This document shows positions 1 to 9,830 of a stretch of DNA of 64,000 bases, piece by piece (within the stretch, counting starts at the first letter, position 1; each line of letters opens with the position of its first letter). A model generated the notes under the pieces. The model had not been told where the DNA came from and searched no databases. It saw nothing but the letters and a program-made list of their open reading frames with translations. The translations under genes were made by a program, and so were the position numbers. The DNA comes from a virus (lineage: Duplodnaviria; Heunggongvirae; Uroviricota; Caudoviricetes; Schitoviridae): IMG/VR virus record IMGVR_UViG_3300033155_001073. One strand, given 5' to 3'.

Positions 1-757
1 TGAAGCAACGTGGCGTAAACCTGATTTATCAGAACGACTACAGAAGATTGGGCTACCTAAGAATGTAGCAGATAAGATTATTGTAGACCCCTCACCAGAG
101 CAAGTAAAAGCAGGGTGTATACCTGTTTATATGGAAAAACGCTCTTATAAACAAGTAGGTAAATATAAAGTATCCGGTAAGTTCGATATGATTATGAATG
201 GTAAGCTTGAAGATTATAAATCTACAGGCACCTACACATATGAAAAAGGAACCAATAATACTAAATATCCTCAACAAGGATCTTTATATCGTTGGCTCAA
301 TCCTGAACTAATTACAGAAGACTTTATGGCGATATGCTTTTTCTTCACCAATTGGATGGCAGGAAAAACATATGATAGTAACTACCCTCAATTTAAAGTT
401 ATGGGTAAAGACTTCAACTTAGACACTATTGAAAATACTGAAGCATTTGTTGTTAAACAATTAGCTGAAATAGATCGCTTAATGCCGTTAGGACAAAGTG
501 ATATGCCTGTATGTACTCGTGAAGAGTTATGGCAAGGGCTAGGCGAATGGAAGTACTATAAGAAGAAGGGAGCAAAGCGTGCAACTAAAAACTTTACTAA
601 CCCAGGTGAAGCTAATGATCGACTAATTGCTGATGGCAGTGTAGGAGAGGTTATTCACTTCCCTGATAAACCAACTGGTTGTATTTATTGTGATGTTAAT
701 ACTTTGTGTGAACAAGGTAAAGTTAATATTGCACTAATGCAAGCATCTAAAAAATAA
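1..757 (+). CDS. PD-(D/E)xK Cas4/RecB-family nuclease, C-terminal part (ORF open to the window's left edge)
   Basis: Frame is open from nt 2 with no stop, so the gene starts upstream of the window. The C-terminal cysteine pattern C..(~50 aa)..CxxCx5C (CTREELW...GCIYCDVNTLC) matches Cas4/AddB-type 4Fe-4S nucleases. Confidence 0.45.
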   Translation, partial: EATWRKPDLSERLQKIGLPKNVADKIIVDPSPEQVKAGCIPVYMEKRSYKQVGKYKVSGKFDMIMNGKLEDYKSTGTYTYEKGTNNTKYPQQGSLYRWLNPELITEDFMAICFFFTNWMAGKTYDSNYPQFKVMGKDFNLDTIENTEAFVVKQLAEIDRLMPLGQSDMPVCTREELWQGLGEWKYYKKKGAKRATKNFTNPGEANDRLIADGSVGEVIHFPDKPTGCIYCDVNTLCEQGKVNIALMQASKK

Positions 758-767
758 GAGAGAAACT

Positions 768-1061
768 ATGCCACCAATTTTTATTACCGCTATCGCATCA
801 GGATTAGCGGCTTTGATACCAAAAGCGTTAACTGATGCTTATGATTACATTTTTAACGGTGAAGAAATTCAAGTTAAAAAGGTGCCTGATCGAACCGAAT
901 TAACTGATGAGCAAATAGCAACTGCTAATGGGCACTATCAGAGATACTTACTTCAAGAGGGTTCTTACAGATCTCAAAAAGAATTAACAGTATTTTTAAA
1001 TTTAAAATTTAATACTGATAAATCAGTAGCACAGATGATGCGTATATGTAGGGGGAGTTAA
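768..1061 (+). CDS. hypothetical protein (97 aa)
   Basis: ORF with RBS-like GAGAGAAACT upstream; tightly packed between flanking genes. Confidence 0.4.
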   Translation: MPPIFITAIASGLAALIPKALTDAYDYIFNGEEIQVKKVPDRTELTDEQIATANGHYQRYLLQEGSYRSQKELTVFLNLKFNTDKSVAQMMRICRGS

Positions 1062-3217
1062 TGAAAGATTTTGCTACACTAAAACATTTTGAGCCTGCTG
1101 AAAAGCTCGTAGAAGTTTTAATGCAAAAGACTCAAAATAGCAATCCTAACTTTTTTAGAATATCTGTAGCGTATTATTTTGCTAAAGTAGCAAGTATGAT
1201 GCGTTGCGACATCGACACCCATGATCGGGGGCTGATCCCAGTCAGCTTGTATGCAATGAACTTGGCAAGTTCTGGTCATGGTAAAGGTCACTCAACTAAT
1301 ATCATTGAGGACCAGGTAGTCTTACCCTTCCGTGAAAAGTTTTTAAATGAAACATTTCCAATTGTCTCCGCTAAGCATATTGCTCGGTTAGCACTTAAAC
1401 GTGCTGCTAAGTACCAGCTTGACGATGATGAGATGTTGGAGAAGTTGAATAAAGAATTTGAAGGTATGGGTACATTAGCATTCTCTTTTGACAGTGGAAC
1501 TACTGCAGCTATTAAGCAAATGCGACACAAACTGTTAATGGCGAATGCTGGTTCAGTCAATTTCGAGATGGACGAACTTGGCTCGAATCTACTAGGAAAC
1601 GTGGAAGCATTAACCGTATTCCTAGAATTGTATGATGTAGGTAAAGTAAAACCTAAGTTAGTTAAAAACACGATGGAAAATAAGCGTGTGGAAGAAATCG
1701 AAGGACGAACTCCAACTAACTTACTCCTATATGGGACACCCGCCAAAGTATTAAATGGTGGGAAAGCTGAAGAAGAACTAATGGCCATGTTTGAAACTGG
1801 TTATGCACGACGTTGTTTCTTTGGCTTTGATCGTAGCCACAACTCCAAGATGGAATTATCTCCGCTTGAAATCTATGATATGACGACAAGCAAAGCTTCG
1901 TCTAAATATCTGGATGAACTTGCACAGAGACTTACCAAATTAGCAGATCCAGTTAACTTCAATATTAAGCTGGAAATGTCTAAAAAAGTAAGTTTACTGT
2001 TGATTGAGTATAAACTAAATTGTGAGAAACGCGCCAACGCTATGCGAGAACACGAAGATGTCAAGAAAGCGGAAATCTCACACCGTTATTACAAGGCTCT
2101 TAAGCTTGCCGGCGCATATGCATTTGTGGATGGAGCCAAAGGTATTACTGAAGATCACTTATATTGTGCAATTAAATTAGCGGAAGAGTCAGGAGAGGCT
2201 TTTTCCCAGCTATTAACCCGGGATCGAAACTACGTAAAGCTTGCGAAATATATTGCTGACGTTGATCGTGAAATTACCCAGGTTGATTTAGTTGAAGACC
2301 TACCTTTCTATAAGGGTAGTGAATCCCAGCGGCGAGATCTTATGTCATTGGCTGTAGCATGGGGCTACAAGCACAATATCATCATTAAGAAGTCTTATAG
2401 TGAAGGTATTGAGTTCCTAAAAGGGGAATCAATGGCTGAAACAGATCTCAGCAAAATGACACTGTCTTATAGTACCGATATTGCTATGGGCTATAAGGCA
2501 GATCATGCTCCATTCGATAGTTTACATAAAGTAACAAGTGCAGCTGGCCATCATTATACAGCGCACCATTTCAAAGAAGGCCATCGAATAAGCAACAAAG
2601 CTATCCCAGGCTTTAATATGGTTATGATTGATGTTGATGAGGGCATTAGCCTATCAGCAGCTCAATTATTATTAAGCGATTACAAATGTTTCTTTGCAAC
2701 TACAAAGAAGCACACTGCAGCATTGAATCGTTTCCGAATCATATTCCCACTGACCCATGAAGTTAAATTGGGTCCAGAAGAATATGCTAAATTTATGGAA
2801 AATGTATTTGCTTGGTTACCTTTTAAGGTTGATCCAGCACCGAAAGATATTGCTCGTAAGTGGGAATCGTTTAAAGGCGAACACCATTATCAGGAAGGTA
2901 AGTTGTTAGACGCAATGTTATTCATTCCTGAAACTCGCAAGGAAGAACAACAAGCTAAGCGTATCCTGGACTCTCAATCTATGACGAATTTAGAACGCTG
3001 GTTTGCTTTAAATACATCAAATGGTAATAGATCAAACCAATTAGTTAAATATGCGTTAGCATTAGTAGACAATGGGTATGACATTGAGGGCGTTCGTCGT
3101 TCTGTAATGGACTTTAACTCCAAGTTGAAGGAAGGTCTACCTGAGGCAGAAATTAGTGCCACTATTATGATGACCGCATCGAGAGCTATTACTGTACGTG
3201 AAACAAATAAACAGTAA
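1061..3217 (+). CDS. replication protein, primase-like (N4 gp43-position)
   Basis: 718 aa. DxD-type motif MVMIDVDEG and a downstream His-containing motif resemble AEP/PrimPol. It precedes a P-loop ATPase and SSB-like gene, as in N4 gp43-gp44-gp45. Confidence 0.4.
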   Translation: MKDFATLKHFEPAEKLVEVLMQKTQNSNPNFFRISVAYYFAKVASMMRCDIDTHDRGLIPVSLYAMNLASSGHGKGHSTNIIEDQVVLPFREKFLNETFPIVSAKHIARLALKRAAKYQLDDDEMLEKLNKEFEGMGTLAFSFDSGTTAAIKQMRHKLLMANAGSVNFEMDELGSNLLGNVEALTVFLELYDVGKVKPKLVKNTMENKRVEEIEGRTPTNLLLYGTPAKVLNGGKAEEELMAMFETGYARRCFFGFDRSHNSKMELSPLEIYDMTTSKASSKYLDELAQRLTKLADPVNFNIKLEMSKKVSLLLIEYKLNCEKRANAMREHEDVKKAEISHRYYKALKLAGAYAFVDGAKGITEDHLYCAIKLAEESGEAFSQLLTRDRNYVKLAKYIADVDREITQVDLVEDLPFYKGSESQRRDLMSLAVAWGYKHNIIIKKSYSEGIEFLKGESMAETDLSKMTLSYSTDIAMGYKADHAPFDSLHKVTSAAGHHYTAHHFKEGHRISNKAIPGFNMVMIDVDEGISLSAAQLLLSDYKCFFATTKKHTAALNRFRIIFPLTHEVKLGPEEYAKFMENVFAWLPFKVDPAPKDIARKWESFKGEHHYQEGKLLDAMLFIPETRKEEQQAKRILDSQSMTNLERWFALNTSNGNRSNQLVKYALALVDNGYDIEGVRRSVMDFNSKLKEGLPEAEISATIMMTASRAITVRETNKQ

Positions 3218-3226
3218 GGACGATTA

Positions 3227-3970
3227 ATGTCAGATGTAATAAGTAATAAAAAAATCGTATTGGTTATGGGTAAGCCTACCACTGGTAAGACTACCTCATT
3301 AATGAATATGGCAGATCAAGACCGTATGGTCTATCTGAATACCGATTTGAAAGATTTGCCATTTAAGAGCAAATTCAAAGAAGTAGATATTGCTGACCCA
3401 AAAGTTGTATTAGCAGCTTTGGATCAAATTGAAGCAGCGGAAAATGTTGACGGTGGCGTGCTAGATACAATTACGTTCTTAATGAACCAATTTGAACGGC
3501 AATACGTTGCAAACCACAAAAACAGCAAAGGTGTCCTTGACACTATGGGCGGTTGGGGTGAGTATGCAAAATTTTATCATGCAGTAATGATGAAAATCAA
3601 AGCTGGAACGAAAAACTATGCTGTGATGGCACATGCTGCTGATGAAATGAATGAAAAAGACATGGTGCTTGAAACTAAAGTACCTGTCAAAGGTGCCGTA
3701 GGTAAGGTTGGTGTGGAAGCGGATTTCACAACAGTCATCTCTACCAAACGGATGAGCATTATTGCTCTCGAAGATTATGCAAATCCTTTATTAACCTTCT
3801 CAGATGATGAGTTGGAAGATGGATTTAAGTACGTATTCCAAACTCGTATTGATGCTAATACCATTGGTGAGAAAATGCGTTCTGCAATAGGTCTTTGGGA
3901 TCGCAAAGAAATGTTCATTAATAATGATCTAAGCTTGGTTTTCCAACGCTTGAATGATTATTACGCGTAA
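3227..3970 (+). CDS. P-loop ATPase (Sak4/AAA_24-like; N4 gp44-position)
   Basis: N-terminal Walker A VLVMGKPTTGKTTSL; ~245 aa size typical of Sak4-like RecA-fold ATPases. Confidence 0.55.
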   Translation: MSDVISNKKIVLVMGKPTTGKTTSLMNMADQDRMVYLNTDLKDLPFKSKFKEVDIADPKVVLAALDQIEAAENVDGGVLDTITFLMNQFERQYVANHKNSKGVLDTMGGWGEYAKFYHAVMMKIKAGTKNYAVMAHAADEMNEKDMVLETKVPVKGAVGKVGVEADFTTVISTKRMSIIALEDYANPLLTFSDDELEDGFKYVFQTRIDANTIGEKMRSAIGLWDRKEMFINNDLSLVFQRLNDYYA

Positions 3971-3976
3971 GTAATT

Positions 3977-4075
3977 AGGGAAGGTAGTTTTAACAGAAGA
4001 ACGCTGGCTAGGTAAATACCTGGCTTGATGCTGCGGGTATCGAATCCCGCCCTTCCCTCCATTTTAATCAATAAA
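3977..4075 (+). terminator. structured element: 8-bp inverted repeat (agggaagg...ccttccct) enclosing a T-arm-like hairpin, followed by cattttaatc
   Basis: Inverted repeat 3977-3984/4051-4058; internal hairpin gcggg-tatcgaat-cccgc; U-rich tract after. Sits immediately 3' of the ATPase gene. Confidence 0.3.
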
Positions 4076-4087
4076 CAAGGAAATTAA

Positions 4088-4819
4088 ATGCTTGATAATT
4101 TAAAATCTAATGATTCCATTGAACATGAAGGTGATTCATTAGGCGGTGGTTCTTATATCATTGCAACAGATACATATCGTTTGACTACTGATATGGCTTA
4201 TTTTGATAAGTCTAAAAATGGTGCTACCAGCTTCAATGTAGTATTGAAAGGTAAGAATGGCGAAACTGTAAAACAAACCTGGTGGGTAGCAAGTGGTAAT
4301 GCGAAAGGCAACAAAAACTTCTACACAGATAAGAATGGTAAAGATCATTACTTACCTGATTTCTCATCAGCTAACAACTTCTGTTTACTAGCGTGTGGTA
4401 AAGAAATTTCTGCACTTAAGACTGAAGAAAAGCAAATCATGTTATATGATTTCACTGAACGTAAAGAAGTACCTACTAAGAAAATGGTAGCTATGGACGT
4501 ACTTCAAACAGAAACTATTGTTGCAGTTGAAAAGCAAATTGTTGATAAGACAGTAGATGATGGTTCAGGTAACTATTTACCTACTGGTGAAACTCGTGAA
4601 CAGAACCAAATCATGAAGACTTTCAGTGTTAAAGATAAGCGTTCAGCTGCAGAAGTACGCGCTGAATTGCCTGCTGAAGAAGCTTCATTCCATGATGATT
4701 GGGTTGAAAAGAACAAAGGCACTGTAAACGATCTGTCTACAGGTGTTGCTGCTGGTGGTACCGAAGGTGCTCCTGGTGATGCAGACACAGCTGGTGGTGA
4801 AACCAAAAGCTTGTTCTAA
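4088..4819 (+). CDS. putative ssDNA-binding protein (N4 gp45-position)
   Basis: Position after the primase/ATPase pair; Gly-rich acidic C-terminal tail (GVAAGGTEGAPGDADTAGGETKSLF) typical of an SSB tail. Confidence 0.35.
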   Translation: MLDNLKSNDSIEHEGDSLGGGSYIIATDTYRLTTDMAYFDKSKNGATSFNVVLKGKNGETVKQTWWVASGNAKGNKNFYTDKNGKDHYLPDFSSANNFCLLACGKEISALKTEEKQIMLYDFTERKEVPTKKMVAMDVLQTETIVAVEKQIVDKTVDDGSGNYLPTGETREQNQIMKTFSVKDKRSAAEVRAELPAEEASFHDDWVEKNKGTVNDLSTGVAAGGTEGAPGDADTAGGETKSLF

Positions 4820-5553
4820 ATATTTAGGTAGCTCCTAATAGGTTTTGTAAGTTTTGCCTATAAATAAACTTACAACTAAAGGTTTTGCTGATTGTCCCAT
4901 AAACAGTCAGTCGCGGTGGGTGCATATCTAAGGAGGGTACCTAGTGAGTGTAACTAGTGACTAACAGCCGCCAAATTCAAAGAGCATAAGGGCCGGAAAC
5001 GCGACTGCAGAATAATAGCAAGCGAAACAATCTGGAATCCTTAATTTAGTACCCTATTCAAAGTTTTACTCCGCCTGATCCCAGCAGGTTATTGGTTAGG
5101 TTGACTTGCTCCCGGCAAGGTCTGGTTGATCCGGGATACATCACTAGAGTTATTAACAGCAACTGTTACGAAATAATAGTAGTCATATAACTTGTGTATT
5201 GAATGTGTAGTGTTAATTTCATACACCAGCGAGAGCATACTCACCCTGTTAAAACAAACCGTTTGCCACGTTAAGGCTTACGACTTCTTTTGATACGTGT
5301 AACAACGTGACAAAAAGGTTTTTGATATCTGTGCCTTAAACAGTTATTACGTTGGGTTTCGTCACAGCCTAAACGATGGTTATATTCGTAACCAAGTTAA
5401 TAGTGCGGCTTCTGCGGCTGCATTGTTAATCTTAAAGTATACTTGCAACAATAGGCTATTAAAATTGCACCCCATTGGGAACTGTCAAAACAAGGTTTAA
5501 AGTCCCTGTAGTAGTTGTAAGTGTACTTTAACATTAACAAATAAGGAATACAT

Positions 5554-6051
5554 ATGTACGAAATGATTGCCTATATAGGCACAAAATTGATTAAAGCAAC
5601 ACCAATGACTCGGTTACACTATAATATTTTTCGTGGTTGGGATTTACCTGATGATGAGAATGGGGATGATAAAGGCTATTTAGTTGAATACACTGATGGT
5701 GGTGAACCAAATACAAATGATTATGATGGCTATGTTTCATGGTCACCAAAAGAGCAATTTGATAATGCTTATAAAAAAACAAATGGGTTACCTTTTGGTT
5801 TAGCAGTTGATGCAGCCAAATTAGGATTCCGTATTGCTCGTAATGGGTGGAATGGTACAGGTATGTTTGCTTTCTTTGTACCGTCAAGCGTATTTAAAGT
5901 TAATCGTGCACCTTTATTAGGTATATTTGATGAAGGTACCGAAATTAAATACCGTGCTCATATGGATCTCGTAGCTGCTGATGGTACCGTGGGTACTTGG
6001 TCACCTAGTAATAGTGATACTTTAGCAACTGATTGGTATATTGTGGAGTAA
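5554..6051 (+). CDS. hypothetical protein; C-terminal half DUF2829-like (GFRIARNGWNG...DWYIV)
   Basis: Motif pattern recalled from the DUF2829 family of small phage proteins; assignment made from memory, not a search. Confidence 0.3.
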   Translation: MYEMIAYIGTKLIKATPMTRLHYNIFRGWDLPDDENGDDKGYLVEYTDGGEPNTNDYDGYVSWSPKEQFDNAYKKTNGLPFGLAVDAAKLGFRIARNGWNGTGMFAFFVPSSVFKVNRAPLLGIFDEGTEIKYRAHMDLVAADGTVGTWSPSNSDTLATDWYIVE

Positions 6052-6053
6052 TT

Positions 6054-6254
6054 ATGGAAGATTATCAAAAACGAGTTATAAAAGAAAAAGAAGAGCTGGA
6101 TAAAAAAATTGATAGCTTAACTTCTTTTTTAGATAAAGGTATGTTTGTTAAACTAACTAAAGATGATGTAGGGCTACTACGTACTCAACATTCAATTATG
6201 TTAGCTTATAGAACTACTTTAAAAATGCGTATAGCTAATTTTTATAAGGACTAA
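6054..6254 (+). CDS. small hypothetical protein (start likely at MEDYQKR)
   Basis: ORF track lists 6033..6254; the internal ATG at 6054 has better spacing to GGAG. Confidence 0.35.
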   Translation: MEDYQKRVIKEKEELDKKIDSLTSFLDKGMFVKLTKDDVGLLRTQHSIMLAYRTTLKMRIANFYKD

Positions 6255-6256
6255 TA

Positions 6257-6790
6257 ATGACTATAAAAATACACTTTATTTCTGATTTACATTTAGGCCA
6301 TAAAAAAATCTTGGAGTTTGGGGATCGCCCTCATGACTCATTGGAAGATATGCACATTGCTATGGTCGAACAGTGGAATACCAAAGTTCGTAAGAATAAG
6401 GATATCGTGTATATATTAGGTGATGTATGCCTAGACATAAATGAGCTTCATTGGCTCAATATGATGAATGGACAGAAACGACTTATTCTTGGTAATCATG
6501 ATACATTTCATTATGATGTGTATCGTGAATACTTTAAAGAAGTATGGCATTTCCATAAAGCTTATAAAGGCTTAGTACTAACGCATATACCAGTACACCC
6601 TGGGGAATTACAAAACCGGGAAACCTGGAAGTACAATGTTCATGGGCATATCCATGATAAAAAATTAAATAACTTAGGTTCTAAATACCTTAATGTTAAT
6701 GTAGACATTGTTGGTTACGCACCTCTTTCTTTAGATGAGGTACGTGAACGTATTGCGTTCAATGAGATACCTGGTAATTTATATAGATAA
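6257..6790 (+). CDS. calcineurin-like metallophosphoesterase
   Basis: Motifs DLHLGH, GDVCLD, GNHD in canonical order. Confidence 0.7.
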   Translation: MTIKIHFISDLHLGHKKILEFGDRPHDSLEDMHIAMVEQWNTKVRKNKDIVYILGDVCLDINELHWLNMMNGQKRLILGNHDTFHYDVYREYFKEVWHFHKAYKGLVLTHIPVHPGELQNRETWKYNVHGHIHDKKLNNLGSKYLNVNVDIVGYAPLSLDEVRERIAFNEIPGNLYR

Positions 6791-6920
6791 ATAAAGAATG
6801 GTAAAGTAGTACGATAAGCCCCGCACATCACACTGTTGGGCAAGAAGGTGATGAAGCTCCACCTCTGGGTCATACCAGTATAAGTGCTAAGCTTCCGCGA
6901 ATTTAATAAAAGGAAATAGT

Positions 6921-8051
6921 ATGGATTATTCACGAACACTTTATTCAACAGATTCAAAAGGTAAGATTCGTCAATGGTCTATTAAAACATTTGGCCACAC
7001 CTATATTGTACAACATGGTGTTAAAGGTGGAAAATTACAATCCAAAACCACACAATGTAAGCCTAAAAATATTGGCAAGTCTAATGAGACTACAGGTGTG
7101 GAGCAAGCAGTATTAGAGGCACAAGCAAAATGGACGTTCCAGGTTAATCGTGATGATTATCATTGGGATGTAAACAAGGCAAATCGCCAGATTCGTCCGA
7201 TGTTAGCTATGGACTATTTAAAAGTTCCGCACCGAGTTGATTGGGAACAAGCCTTAGCACAACCAAAGTTAGATGGTGTACGCCTCACTTATGGTCGTAG
7301 ATATCGAGATGAGTCTGGCCACGAGGCTATGACTCGTAAAGGAGAAACATATGTACTCCCTCATCTTACTAAACCAACAACTGAACTCTTGGCACTGGTT
7401 AATTCCTTATGTGGGAATAAGTGTCTCGCTTTAGATGGTGAAGCTTACATTCATGGTATGTCACTTCAACGTATTATGCGATTGGTTAAAAAAGTTAGAC
7501 CTGGTGAATCAGAACATCTAAAGTATTATTTATTTGATCTAGTTATTCCTAGTATGGAATTTCATAATCGACATGAATTATTACGTCGTGCGTTAAAATT
7601 ATATAATCAAAAAACCAATGTATTTAGTTTAGTTACTGTTACTAAAATTAGTAATGAAAGTATGATGAAACAAGTCCATGGGCTGTATACCACAGCTGGT
7701 TATGAAGGCTTAATGATACGTCATCGTGATTCTGAATATGGTATTGCTAAACGCTCTCCAGATTTATTTAAATATAAACATTTCATGGATGATGAAGCGA
7801 AGATCATTGATATATGGCAGGATACTAACTGGAATGCTATGTTAACCGTGGTCCAGAAAAATGGTAAAGAGTGTAAAGTAACACCTAAACGTACTCATGA
7901 AGAACGTAAACAGATGCTCCATGAACAAGATAAATATCTTGGTAAATGGATCACATGTAAGTTTCAAACCTATACTGATGATGGTAAGATGCAATTCCCA
8001 GTTGGATTAGCATTACGTAAATGCACTGATGAAGGTGTACCCATTGAGTAA
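6921..8051 (+). CDS. ATP-dependent DNA ligase
   Basis: Motif I KLDGVR (PKLDGVRLTY), motif IV EGLMIR, motif V LFKYK; 376 aa, T7-ligase size. Confidence 0.8.
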   Translation: MDYSRTLYSTDSKGKIRQWSIKTFGHTYIVQHGVKGGKLQSKTTQCKPKNIGKSNETTGVEQAVLEAQAKWTFQVNRDDYHWDVNKANRQIRPMLAMDYLKVPHRVDWEQALAQPKLDGVRLTYGRRYRDESGHEAMTRKGETYVLPHLTKPTTELLALVNSLCGNKCLALDGEAYIHGMSLQRIMRLVKKVRPGESEHLKYYLFDLVIPSMEFHNRHELLRRALKLYNQKTNVFSLVTVTKISNESMMKQVHGLYTTAGYEGLMIRHRDSEYGIAKRSPDLFKYKHFMDDEAKIIDIWQDTNWNAMLTVVQKNGKECKVTPKRTHEERKQMLHEQDKYLGKWITCKFQTYTDDGKMQFPVGLALRKCTDEGVPIE

Positions 8052-8305
8052 AGTAGTTCATATGTACTATCATAGAGAAGTATTAGGTGTCCCACATTTC
8101 CCTAGAGCCTTATGTGGTAATGGTGAACCAATTCACCGACTTAAAACAACACGTAACTGGGCTCATGTAACATGTGATCAATGTAATAAATATAATAAAT
8201 AGATTCCATCGCGGTCCTTTTAGGCCGGTGGTATAAGGCTTTAGCGGTTATCCTTAGAAGGGTGAGAGTCCTTGAACTGCACAAATTCAAATAAGAGAGG
8301 CAGTA

Positions 8306-8533
8306 ATGAAACAACAAAAATTAGATTTTTTAGCTGATCTTGCTCTCCTATTAGATGAGCATAAAGTAGCTTTAGTTTCACGTAAAACGGGAAATTATAC
8401 TGCGATTGGATTTCAATTCCGAGGCCCTATAGGTAAGACGCATCACCAAGTAACTTTAGAAACACCACGATGCCATATAACTCCTCATGATCTTCATGGG
8501 CTGTACCACTGGGTATCACTTAATGAAAATTAA
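8306..8533 (+). CDS. hypothetical protein (75 aa)
   Basis: ORF with RBS AAGAGAGG. Confidence 0.4.
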   Translation: MKQQKLDFLADLALLLDEHKVALVSRKTGNYTAIGFQFRGPIGKTHHQVTLETPRCHITPHDLHGLYHWVSLNEN

Positions 8534-8544
8534 TAGGAAATAAA

Positions 8545-9087
8545 ATGGAAGACAAACTAGAATTTCAACCTTGGCCTAAGATTGGCCGGGTAAGCCCATT
8601 CAGCGTTGTTATCAGCGAAAAGATTGATGGGACTAATGGATGCATTGTTATCCGTGATGGTGAATTAATTGCTACTCAATCACGTAAGCGTTTTATTATC
8701 GAAGGCGATGATAATTATGGCTTCGCTAAATGGGTTAATGAAAACCTTGAAGACATCTTAAAATTAGGTGAAGGTCACCACTATGGTGAATGGGCTGGAC
8801 CAGGTATTCAAAAGAATCCTCACAGCCTGGCAGAACGTAAGTTCTTCCTGTTTAATACAGCAAGGTGGAACCCAGATAATCCAAATCGTCCTGATTGTTG
8901 TACCACAGTGCCTGTACTTTATGAAGGCACACTAGAACCAGAGACTATTCCTGGTGTAATGGAACAACTATTAAAAGACTCCCCTGCTCCTATGCGACCA
9001 GAAGGCGTTGTTTGTTTCTATAAATCTTTTAAGATGTATACAAAACATACCTTTAATAGTCCTAACGGTAAATGGTGTAAAGAATAA
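8545..9087 (+). CDS. Rnl2-family RNA ligase-like adenylyltransferase domain (stand-alone, no C-terminal domain)
   Basis: Motif I SEKIDGTN (T4 Rnl2 EKIHGTN); motif III EWAGPGIQKN (T4 Rnl2 EFAGPGIQKN); motif IV-like PEGVVCF. Only 180 aa. Confidence 0.65.
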   Translation: MEDKLEFQPWPKIGRVSPFSVVISEKIDGTNGCIVIRDGELIATQSRKRFIIEGDDNYGFAKWVNENLEDILKLGEGHHYGEWAGPGIQKNPHSLAERKFFLFNTARWNPDNPNRPDCCTTVPVLYEGTLEPETIPGVMEQLLKDSPAPMRPEGVVCFYKSFKMYTKHTFNSPNGKWCKE

Positions 9088-9299
9088 TGTATTTTGATAA
9101 CACAATGGATGGTATTGCTGAAGCTATCTCTAAAGAGTTGGCTCCAATTGAAGCATTAAGATTGATACGTACGATCTCTAACACACTCTATAAACATAGC
9201 AAAGGTTATGAGAATAAAGCTAATCGCTTGATGATTAATCGCTTCAATCGTATTCGTAAAGAAGCAGGCAAACCTGAAATCGAACAACACTGGCTCTAA
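9087..9299 (+). CDS. hypothetical protein (70 aa)
   Basis: ATGA-coupled to upstream gene. Confidence 0.4.
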   Translation: MYFDNTMDGIAEAISKELAPIEALRLIRTISNTLYKHSKGYENKANRLMINRFNRIRKEAGKPEIEQHWL

Positions 9300-9308
9300 A
9301 CTTAGATT

Positions 9309-9827
9309 ATGAGAAAATATATATTAAGTATACTTTTTAGTATACTACTAGTATTTCCACCATTTATACAAGCAGCTTCTCCAAAGATCAATATGGATGC
9401 TATAGATACGCTTAATTATACTATTAATCGAATTCCTTATAAATCAGATCCTGATCGCTGGGGACAAAATGATTATTGGGCTACTCCATTAGAATTTTAT
9501 GTGGGTGATGGTGGTGATTGTGAAGACTATGCTATTGCAAAATACTTTGCTTTAATAGAACAAGGTATTCCATATCAAAATTTATTACTCACTGCAGGTG
9601 AATTGGATAGTGGTGGCCTGCATATGGTACTTCTTTTAACAACTGATCAGCCATATGTACTTGATAGTATGCATAATCATGTTATACCTTTAAGTGAGTT
9701 TACTGAATTCACTATAATGTATAGTTTTAATGAATCTGTATTAATTATTAATGATGATACTTATGATGTCAAACTTCTAACTAAGTGGCAAAACCTGTTA
9801 TCTAAAATGAACTATAAGAATTTTTAA
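9309..9827 (+). CDS. secreted BTLCP (LapG-like transglutaminase-like cysteine proteinase)
   Basis: N-terminal signal peptide MRKYILSILFSILLVFPPFIQAAS; GDGGDCEDYAIAKYFAL motif characteristic of Peptidase_C93/LapG; ~170 aa family size. Confidence 0.55.
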   Translation: MRKYILSILFSILLVFPPFIQAASPKINMDAIDTLNYTINRIPYKSDPDRWGQNDYWATPLEFYVGDGGDCEDYAIAKYFALIEQGIPYQNLLLTAGELDSGGLHMVLLLTTDQPYVLDSMHNHVIPLSEFTEFTIMYSFNESVLIINDDTYDVKLLTKWQNLLSKMNYKNF

Positions 9828-9830
9828 TCT

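Noticed and set aside
1288-1788. 166-aa antisense ORF inside the primase-like gene, and similar antisense ORFs (1873..2064, 2974..3282, 4139..4348, 4573..4806, 5591..5887)
   Set aside because: They are fully embedded opposite long, well-supported genes, with low-complexity translations.
4033-4050. T-arm-like hairpin gcggg-tatcgaat-cccgc suggesting a tRNA at 3977-4058
   Set aside because: The loop is 8 nt. No consistent D or anticodon arms can be drawn in either orientation. Treated as part of a terminator-like structure.
8063-8170. Small ORF after the ligase, first read as a CxxC zinc-ribbon protein
   Set aside because: Re-reading the codons shows an earlier stop: 35 aa with a single Cys. 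My initial three-G transcription was wrong.
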